Source: Pradoshia sp. D12 (GTDB lineage: Bacteria; Bacillota; Bacilli; Bacillales; Pradoshiaceae). From it: DNA of 24,000 bases. Shown piece by piece: positions 17,954 through 24,000 of this stretch. The notes beneath the pieces are model-generated. The model ran no database searches. It worked only from the letters and a program-made list of their open reading frames with translations, and was not told the origin of the DNA. A program made the position numbers and the translations under genes. The stretch is taken from NCBI RefSeq assembly GCF_008935075.1, contig NZ_CP044545.1, forward strand, positions 2,769,587 to 2,793,586, read 5' to 3'. Position 1 is the first letter of the stretch. Every line of letters begins with the position of its first letter.

Positions 17954-18073
17954 AATCTAGCTTCGACTCCTAGGAGCTCGAGTCATAAGCAAATACTCTG
18001 CGGGGAAGAACTTTCCCTTCGAGTATTCGTCTTATGCTCTTCGCTCCTGTTCAGTCGTCTCAGCTTTTTATTT
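17954..18073 (+). repeat. Repeat unit 5 (basic form); overlaps the 3' end of the ABC ATPase gene
   Basis: Contains the 10-bp palindrome CTCCTAGGAG (17968-17977) and a long hairpin, CATAAGC-AAATACTC-TGCG-GGGAA...TTCCC-TTC-GAGTATT-CGT-CTTATG. It ends CAGCTTTTTATTT. The ATPase stop codon (17983-17985) lies inside it. Confidence 0.88.
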
Positions 18074-18771
18074 TCAAAGTAGTAGCATGCCTCTACTAAT
18101 TTTTTTGTGTAGGGATGTGTTGAGTGGTTTAGAACTTGAGAAGGAGGTCCGCTTTCGACAATGGTCCCTGTCTCAAGTACCATCATTCGATCTGCTACAT
18201 TACCAACAGACTGAATTCGGTGCGTAATGTATAAAACAGACATATGGAATTCAACCTGAAATTTCTTTAATAGATTGATGATTAACTTTTCTGTTTGCGG
18301 ATCCAGAGCAGATGTAATTTCATCGGCTATTAAAAGCTTAGGATTCATTAATAAAGCTCTAATAATAGCTAATCTCTGTTTTTGTCCTCCGGAACATTGG
18401 CTTGGTTTTTTTGCTAATAATTCCGTCGGTAAGTCCGCCTTAGCCATTAATTCTTTTATTTTCTTTTTTATTGATTCCGGCTTTTCCTTTTTAAGTACAA
18501 GCGGTTCCATTAAACTTTTCTCCATTGTCCAAAACGGGTTAAAAGAACGCTCCGGATTTTGATAAATATATTGAATCGTACAACATGGCTCTTTTTCAAC
18601 AAGTCCGCTTGTCGGTGATTGAATTCCCATAATAATTTCAGCCGTTGTAGATTTACCTGACCCTGATTCTCCTATCAAACAAATAAATTCATTGCACAAA
18701 ATCTCAAAATTGATTCCCCGAAGCACATCCTGATTTTGGTAGCTTTTATTTACATCTTGAACTCTTAACAT
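17983..18771 (-). CDS. ABC transporter ATP-binding protein, Opp/Dpp/Nik family (OppF/NikE-like), with a repeat-encoded C-terminal tail
   Basis: 262 aa. Walker A is GESGSGKST, the signature is CSGGQKQRLAIIRAL, Walker B is LLIADEITSALD and the H-loop is YITHR. The HPYTKKL motif typical of this subfamily lies near the expected C-terminus. The last ~29 codons (NKKLRRLNRSEEHKTNTRRESSSPQSICL) read through repeat unit 5. Confidence 0.9.
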   Translation of the reverse strand: MLRVQDVNKSYQNQDVLRGINFEILCNEFICLIGESGSGKSTTAEIIMGIQSPTSGLVEKEPCCTIQYIYQNPERSFNPFWTMEKSLMEPLVLKKEKPESIKKKIKELMAKADLPTELLAKKPSQCSGGQKQRLAIIRALLMNPKLLIADEITSALDPQTEKLIINLLKKFQVEFHMSVLYITHRIQSVGNVADRMMVLETGTIVESGPPSQVLNHSTHPYTKKLVEACYYFENKKLRRLNRSEEHKTNTRRESSSPQSICL

Positions 18772-20265
18772 TCATTGCACTTCCTTCATCAGTTGTTTAT
18801 CACTTAAACTAAAAATCCGATCCGAGATTGCATACGCTACATCTAAATCATGCGTGATAAATAATAGACTGATCCCATGTGAACGGACTTTTTCCTCCAA
18901 GAGTTCCACTACTTCTTTTTTCAATATAGGATCCAGCGCACTTGTGCATTCATCTGCAATCACAAAAGCTGGTTTATTTACCAGAGAGAGTGCGATTAGA
19001 GCCCGGCTCAACATGCCGCCGGAGCACTCATGCGGATACTTGTCCAAAATGTTTTTATTTAACGCGACTTCCACAACACTCTTCTCAGCTTCCACAAGAC
19101 TTATACCGGTTTCTAAAAACTGTTCTTTTATTTTTAATACTGGATTAAATGCCGCCCGTGCATCCTGATAGATAAATGAGCATGTTTTCCAGTAGTGCTT
19201 TTCTCTAAAGGATTTCTCGCGAACAGACTCACCGTCATATGTAACATCGCCAACCCAGTTCTCAGCCGGCAATAATCCGTACAAAGCTCTGGCTATCGTT
19301 GTTTTTCCACTGCCTGAAGGCCCAATCAAACTCACAATCTCTCCTCTTTTGATCGTAAGCTCGATATTTTCAACAATAGTAGTCTCGTCATATGTAACCT
19401 GCTCCAAGTGACAATATAAATCGCGAGACTTGCCGGTCACTGGTGTTGTACCCTTTTGTTTCTTTGTTTTTGAAGACTTCTTCTGTTTATCTTCCAATAA
19501 GAAAGCAAGCGAAACCGATGTGATGAGCAGCATAATCACTGGCGGCAATACAATCCATGTCCATTGGCCAGTTAAGAAAATAGATGTTTGTGTGAAAGCC
19601 ATATTTAACATGCTTCCCCAAGATATCACATTCGGGTCACCCAAACCTAGGAATGCTAAACCTGCTTCTGTCAAAACAGCAGATTGAAATGTCATCACGA
19701 ATTTAGTCTTTATGATGGGCTGCAATTGCGGAAGAATATGAGATTTCAATACATAAAAAGAACTGCCACCAAACAGCGCCGATGCTTTTACAAATTCTCT
19801 TTCTTTTAATGTTAAAACTGAGGATCGAATAATTCTCATATAACCCGGCCACGATAAAAGACTTAAAATGATTACAAGCTGAATTACACCAGAACCCGTA
19901 AAAGCAACAACCAATAATATCAAAAGCAAATTTGGAAGCACTAATAAAATATTGGCCAGCCCGTTAATGAATTTATCGAATTTCGGCAAATATCCCGCTG
20001 CCAGTCCCAGCAATACACTTAAAACTGTCGAACACAGAGCAATACAAAGTCCAATTAAGACACTTGTACGGGTTCCATATAATAATTGGCTAAATATATC
20101 CTGACCTAAACGATTTGTACCCAGCCAATGCTCAGATGAAGGAGGTTCAAACAATCCTCCGCTATAATCCATTGCTGAATAAGGAGAAAGTAATGGACCA
20201 AAGAATGCCAACAGCATGACCACGGCTAAACAAAGTAAAGGGAACTTATAGAACTTTTTCAACAT
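18772..20265 (-). CDS. Fused ABC permease (OppC/DppC/NikC-like) and ATP-binding domain (OppD/NikD-like)
   Basis: A single open frame. The N-terminal ~270 aa are polytopic. A Lys-rich linker follows (EDKQKKSSKTKKQKGTTPVTGKSRD). The NBD has Walker A GPSGSGKTT, signature CSGGMLSRALIA, Walker B FVIADECTSALD and H-loop FITHD. The start is set at ATG 20265 (MLKKFYKF), with GAGGGGG upstream. The track start at 20283 is a less likely extension. Confidence 0.88.
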   Translation of the reverse strand: MLKKFYKFPLLCLAVVMLLAFFGPLLSPYSAMDYSGGLFEPPSSEHWLGTNRLGQDIFSQLLYGTRTSVLIGLCIALCSTVLSVLLGLAAGYLPKFDKFINGLANILLVLPNLLLILLVVAFTGSGVIQLVIILSLLSWPGYMRIIRSSVLTLKEREFVKASALFGGSSFYVLKSHILPQLQPIIKTKFVMTFQSAVLTEAGLAFLGLGDPNVISWGSMLNMAFTQTSIFLTGQWTWIVLPPVIMLLITSVSLAFLLEDKQKKSSKTKKQKGTTPVTGKSRDLYCHLEQVTYDETTIVENIELTIKRGEIVSLIGPSGSGKTTIARALYGLLPAENWVGDVTYDGESVREKSFREKHYWKTCSFIYQDARAAFNPVLKIKEQFLETGISLVEAEKSVVEVALNKNILDKYPHECSGGMLSRALIALSLVNKPAFVIADECTSALDPILKKEVVELLEEKVRSHGISLLFITHDLDVAYAISDRIFSLSDKQLMKEVQ

Positions 20266-21238
20266 GTTTGCCCCCTCTAACACGTGGATCTAGTTTAGGA
20301 TAAATAGAATCTGCCAGTGCATTGCAAATCAAAATCATAACAGCAAATAATAAAAACAGACCATGCATCAATGGGTAATCCCGTGAAAGAATGGACTCTT
20401 TTAATAACTGCCCAATTCCCGGGTAAGAAAATAACGTCTCTACAAAGATTGCTCCTGTAAAGGTGTAGCCAATTCTTATCATAATCAGAGTAAATATAGG
20501 TATTAAAACATTTTTAAACGCATGTCTGAAAACTAACCGGATTTCCCTGACGCCCTTCATCTTCGCAAATTCAATGTAAGGTGAGGAAGCTACCTGAATC
20601 GTTTCATTACGCACGAGTAAATAGATCCTTGTCAGGTTTACCATGGTTAATGTCACTATTGGTAAAATAGCATACTTAGCCGCATCATTAACTTTTACCC
20701 ATATTGATTCGCTATCCATAAACGGTGTATGGGCTCCGCTCATTGGAAGCATATCCAGCATAACTCCAAACACAATAAGCAATAGCATACCGAATAAAAA
20801 TTCGGGTAAAGCGCCAATTGCCAGCATTGTTGACATGAATGTTTTATCACCTTTTTTATGATGAACCCAACCCGATAGCAGTCCTAAAAAAATACCAATT
20901 ACAATGGATAGAACAGAAGAAATTCCGACAATCCATAGCGTGTAAGAAATATGGTCCATTATGATATCATTAACAGGCAATTTATAAGTATATGAAAATC
21001 CAAAATCAAACTGTACGATGCCAACTATATAATCAATAAATTGTTCGGCCATTGAATCATTCAGCCCATAATATTCAATCATTGAATTCTTTTGTTGCTC
21101 TGTTAAAGTTGCACCACTTTCCTGCCCCTCTAAATATTCAAGAGGTCCCCCCGGCATTAGTCGAGGAAGAAAAAAATTTAAGAGAATCAAGATAAGAAGA
21201 AGAGAACCGTACAGCTTAAAAATTTTAATCATATTCAA
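20246..21238 (-). CDS. ABC transporter permease, OppB/DppB/NikB-like
   Basis: 330 aa with six predicted TM segments. It has the binding-protein-dependent transport EAA-type loop region (YIEFAKMKGVREIRLVFRHAFKN) and a C-terminal ...DPRVR motif. It overlaps both neighbouring genes. Confidence 0.9.
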   Translation of the reverse strand: MNMIKIFKLYGSLLLILILLNFFLPRLMPGGPLEYLEGQESGATLTEQQKNSMIEYYGLNDSMAEQFIDYIVGIVQFDFGFSYTYKLPVNDIIMDHISYTLWIVGISSVLSIVIGIFLGLLSGWVHHKKGDKTFMSTMLAIGALPEFLFGMLLLIVFGVMLDMLPMSGAHTPFMDSESIWVKVNDAAKYAILPIVTLTMVNLTRIYLLVRNETIQVASSPYIEFAKMKGVREIRLVFRHAFKNVLIPIFTLIMIRIGYTFTGAIFVETLFSYPGIGQLLKESILSRDYPLMHGLFLLFAVMILICNALADSIYPKLDPRVRGGKHVEKVL

Positions 21239-22808
21239 TAAACGCTGCCTTGTTATCTGTTAATGGAATTCCGTCTGAAATACCACCATATGTGTTAAAC
21301 CATTCATCAAATACATTAGCATCATAAACAAAGTAGAACGGGCGATGGTAAATCACTAATGTAGGCAGCTCTTCAGCTAAAATATCCTGCATAGAATCAA
21401 CTGTTTCGTTACGCTCTTCCCCTTCTTGAGACAGTTGTTTACTAGCCAACTCGTTAAATTCTTGATGATTGAATACAGCATTCCCAGCATATGCATTGCT
21501 TGCCTGACCAGAGAACCATAAGCGGAGGAAATCAGGATCCCCACTTAATCCAATGTGCCCTGTTAAAGCCATATCATATTTCCCTTCACTCATAGCAGTT
21601 GTAAAAGTAGCTGTATCTACTGTTTGAATTTGCAATTTCACCCCTACATCAGCAAGCATTGATCTCATTAATTCGGCTTCCTGAGGAGTAGAAGAAACCA
21701 GAAGTTTTAAGCTAAGCTCTTCTCGAACACCATTTTTATTTTTTTCATATCCGAGTGAATCTAACATTTCATTTGCTTGATCCACATCATAATCATATTT
21801 TTTTACATCTTCATTAAACCAATCCGAATCAGGTGGAATTACCCCTCCGCTACCAACAATGGTTTTGGAATTCCCCAATACTTTTTCTGCTATTTCACCT
21901 CGATTAAGTGCATAGGCAATTGCTTGACGTAGCCTTTTATCACTTAACTGTTCATTTTCCAAATTAAAAACAATACGAACTGCGCTTCCTGTTGGATTAC
22001 TTTGAAGCGCTTTAAACCCTTGTTCTTCCATTTGCTTCACTTCTGTATAGTTATACGTCATGCCGCCGGTTATTTCCCCTTTTTGCAGGGAGAGCATTTT
22101 ATTCTCTACATTCAAATATTGAACTTCCTTAACCGTAACATCACCTTTGAAATAAGCCTCATTTGCTAGGTAACGATAATTACCAGTCGAGCTGTTATAG
22201 CTATCAAGAACATATGGACCTGTACCTATTAATGCATTTTCTTCCGTATATTCCATTGGATTTTCGATTTCTGACCAGATATGCTCTGGTAGAATTGGAA
22301 GAATTCCGGAAATTTCAGTGATAAATGGGGAATATTCCTCGGTCAACGTAATTGCAACTTTGTGATTTGATATTTTCTTTAGTGAAGCTATTTTAGACAT
22401 ATCTGCATTCCACTGGAACGCATGTTTCTTAAAATAGTTATATGAAAAGACAACATCATCGGCGGTTAATGATTCTCCATCATGAAACTGCACATCTTTT
22501 TCTAAATTAAACGTGTATGTTAGCTTGTCCTCAGATACTTCCCAGGAAGATGCCAGCCAAGGAATTACCCCAGTCTCATCTTTCCAAGTAAGCGAGTCAA
22601 AAATGAAACTGCTGCGTAAATATCCTCCGGGACCATTTGAGGTAAATGTAAATGGAGATGGGAACCCACTATCTGCCCATGCAATCTTCACGGTCTTATT
22701 TTTTTCAGATGCCTTTGAATCTGTATTTGTATTTGGTGAAGTGCCACCACCTGAACATCCTGCGAGCAGGATGAATAATGATAGTAGTAAAAATGAAATC
22801 CTTTTCAT
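21225..22808 (-). CDS. Extracellular solute-binding lipoprotein, family 5 (OppA/DppA/NikA-like)
   Basis: 527 aa with a lipoprotein signal and lipobox (LLAGC, Cys18). A Ser/Thr/Asn-rich tether precedes a family-5 SBP body (SWEVSEDKLTYTFNLEKDVQFHDGESLTADDVVFSY). AAGGGAG lies 8 nt upstream of the ATG. Confidence 0.9.
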   Translation of the reverse strand: MKRISFLLLSLFILLAGCSGGGTSPNTNTDSKASEKNKTVKIAWADSGFPSPFTFTSNGPGGYLRSSFIFDSLTWKDETGVIPWLASSWEVSEDKLTYTFNLEKDVQFHDGESLTADDVVFSYNYFKKHAFQWNADMSKIASLKKISNHKVAITLTEEYSPFITEISGILPILPEHIWSEIENPMEYTEENALIGTGPYVLDSYNSSTGNYRYLANEAYFKGDVTVKEVQYLNVENKMLSLQKGEITGGMTYNYTEVKQMEEQGFKALQSNPTGSAVRIVFNLENEQLSDKRLRQAIAYALNRGEIAEKVLGNSKTIVGSGGVIPPDSDWFNEDVKKYDYDVDQANEMLDSLGYEKNKNGVREELSLKLLVSSTPQEAELMRSMLADVGVKLQIQTVDTATFTTAMSEGKYDMALTGHIGLSGDPDFLRLWFSGQASNAYAGNAVFNHQEFNELASKQLSQEGEERNETVDSMQDILAEELPTLVIYHRPFYFVYDANVFDEWFNTYGGISDGIPLTDNKAAFIEYD

Positions 22809-22842
22809 CCATACAACTCCCTTTCAACATATGATGGTTCTT

Positions 22843-22871
22843 ATCATATAACAGTTGATAATGATTATCAA
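22843..22871 (-). promoter_or_regulatory. Sigma-A-type promoter of the ABC operon
   Basis: The minus strand reads TTGATA (complement 22866-22871), a 17-nt spacer, then TATGAT (complement 22843-22848). The -10 element ends about 35 nt upstream of the binding-protein ATG. Confidence 0.6.
22856..22870. promoter_or_regulatory. Fur box, a perfect match to the Bacillus 7-1-7 consensus
   Basis: TGATAAT-G-ATTATCA matches TGATAATNATTATCA at 14/14 specified positions. It overlaps the -35 element and the spacer. A second, degenerate site, TGATGGT-T-CTTATCA (22832-22846, 11/14), overlaps the -10. The surrounding sequence continues as GATAAT-like hexamers: TGATAA TGATTA TCAATA TCATTA. Confidence 0.8.
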
Positions 22872-23051
22872 TATCATTATTTTAAAAAATTATAATCGTT
22901 TAATAAATGAGAAAAACGTCCTATACAAAATACACTATATAATGGAAAATATTACTAATATATAAAGAAAATGTTTTTATTTTCTCATTCAATTTATTAT
23001 ATCAACATATTCTTATCGTTTATAACTATTAAGAGCCACTCTTTTTGAGAC

Positions 23052-23080
23052 AAAAAAAGCACCCTACTATTAGTAGATGC
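23052..23080 (-). terminator. Putative intrinsic terminator after the patatin-like gene
   Basis: The minus strand reads GCATCTAC-TAATA-GTAGGGTGC, an interrupted stem (GCA/UGC plus CUAC/GUAG), followed by T7 (A7 at 23052-23058 on plus). It starts 30 nt after the stop codon. Confidence 0.5.
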
Positions 23081-23109
23081 TACAAAGTGTACTTGTTTAT
23101 TATTTTATA

Positions 23110-24000
23110 TCATCTGATTCGGTAAACCCAATCCTTAAGAAAATGCTTCGCCGCTTCTTTACCTTGATCAATTAATACTAGCCGCTGATTGTCAGAAATA
23201 GAAAACTCTATAAATCCCGCCTCTTTAATTGGTATAAACACAATGTTTTTAACGAATTTTCTTGAAATATATCTGGCATCATGAGCATTCCTCATCGTTT
23301 CAAATAAAGATGTAAAAAGTTCGATTGCATTATTGATATCACGCTCATGGACCACTGCTTGTTGTTTTTCTGGTACCAGCCTTAATCCCAGCACCGGTCT
23401 CTCAGCGATAACATTATCTTGATCAAACAGCCACATAGGAAAATTACTTAAAACCCCGCCATCTACGATAACCCTTTTCTCCCCTACCGTTCGAAGCGTA
23501 ATCGGCTGAAAGAAAAAGGGGACAGAGCAGCTCATACGAATCGCTCTCGCCACTAAGAACTGATTGGGGTTTATATTATATTTTGGCAGATCATCCGGCA
23601 AAACCATCAATCTTCCATTTGTTAGATCAGATGCAATAACTCTCAATTGTTTATCAGCTAAATCTGCAAATGTCCTAATATTTTTCCTGGCCAATACCTC
23701 TTTAATCCATAGCTCCAAGGCATCCCCTTTGTAAAGTCCCATACTCCAATATAATTTGAGCCATTTGGCTAGTGGAAAATGTTTATTTTTTTTTGTTTCC
23801 AATAGCTTCGTTAATTTAACGCTTTTCATAATTTCATTAATTTCGCTCCCTGAGTACCCCGCTGCTATAAACCCGGCAATGATTGCGCCTGCACTTGTTC
23901 CGGCTACTCTTTTAAACCGATATCCCTGCTTCTCTAATTCAATTACTGCCCCAATAAGAGCAAACCCTTTTATACCTCCTCCGGAAAACACTCCGTCAAT
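23110..24000 (-). CDS. yqhO: Patatin-like phospholipase (YqhO equivalent); the N-terminus runs off the right edge of the window
   Basis: Contains the oxyanion-hole motif SGGGIKG, the nucleophile elbow GTSAG (GxSxG) and the catalytic Asp motif VDGGV. The track starts at GTG 23991, but the frame stays open to 24000 (IDG upstream), so the true start is probably off-window. Confidence 0.88.
   Translation of the reverse strand: MDGVFSGGGIKGFALIGAVIELEKQGYRFKRVAGTSAGAIIAGFIAAGYSGSEINEIMKSVKLTKLLETKKNKHFPLAKWLKLYWSMGLYKGDALELWIKEVLARKNIRTFADLADKQLRVIASDLTNGRLMVLPDDLPKYNINPNQFLVARAIRMSCSVPFFFQPITLRTVGEKRVIVDGGVLSNFPMWLFDQDNVIAERPVLGLRLVPEKQQAVVHERDINNAIELFTSLFETMRNAHDARYISRKFVKNIVFIPIKEAGFIEFSISDNQRLVLIDQGKEAAKHFLKDWVYRIR

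Larger units (their letters stand above)
17151..18073 (+). repeat. Mosaic array of five abutting, same-orientation, hairpin-rich repeat units (REP/BIME- or MITE-like)
   Basis: Every unit begins AATC(T/C)AGCTTC and ends CAGCTTTTT(A/G). Each unit contains the inverted pair (C/G)ATAAG...CTTATGCT bracketing variable hairpins. Two internal segments are duplicated at 99-100 percent identity. See the unit entries below. Confidence 0.92.

Noticed and set aside
17151-18073. Whether the repeat array is a CRISPR array
   Set aside because: The units abut directly, with no unique spacers of constant length. Unit lengths vary from 120 to 248 bp. The repeats are internally palindromic mosaics, and no cas genes or leader are present.
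15902-22808. Whether the block is a staphylopine/bacillopaline-type (cnt) metallophore locus
   Set aside because: Only the importer part is present. I saw no nicotianamine-synthase-like gene (CntL), opine dehydrogenase (CntM), histidine racemase (CntK) or MFS exporter. The two unknown proteins show no SAM-binding or Rossmann GxGxxG motifs.
22880-23050. An AT-rich 170-bp spacer with a 10-bp inverted pair (AATGAGAAAA at 22907-22916 and TTTTCTCATT at 22980-22989) and tiny ORFs
   Set aside because: Matches of this length are expected by chance in sequence this AT-rich. The 11-codon ORF has no RBS, and I could not recognise any operator consensus (PerR, Zur or MntR).

Overview
This is a chromosomal segment from a low-GC, endospore-forming Bacillaceae genome. 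About 16 kb is conserved core. From memory, it is collinear with the B. subtilis 168 region xseA-folD-nusB-yqhY(asp23)-accC-accB-[yqhV]-spoIIIAH..AA-efp-yqhT-aroQ(yqhS)-yqhR on the minus strand, followed by yqhQ-yqhP on the plus strand. The window ends in a partial patatin-like gene, the yqhO equivalent. An accessory block of about 7.3 kb (about 15770-23100, all on the minus strand) sits between the yqhP and yqhO equivalents. It starts with a sigma-A-like promoter overlapped by a perfect 7-1-7 Fur box. Next comes a four-gene Opp/Nik-family ABC importer: a family-5 lipoprotein binding protein, a permease, a permease-ATPase fusion, and an ATPase. A 923-bp mosaic array of five nested, hairpin-rich repeat units follows. 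The block ends with two translationally coupled paralogous genes of unknown function (205 and 202 aa). The best lead is this apparently iron-regulated importer plus paralogue pair, together with the structured repeat array. The array separates the two parts and supplies the last ~29 codons and the stop codon of the ATPase gene. I found no rRNA, tRNA, CRISPR array, transposase or integrase. All calls come from reading the sequence and recognising motifs by eye. No database search was possible.
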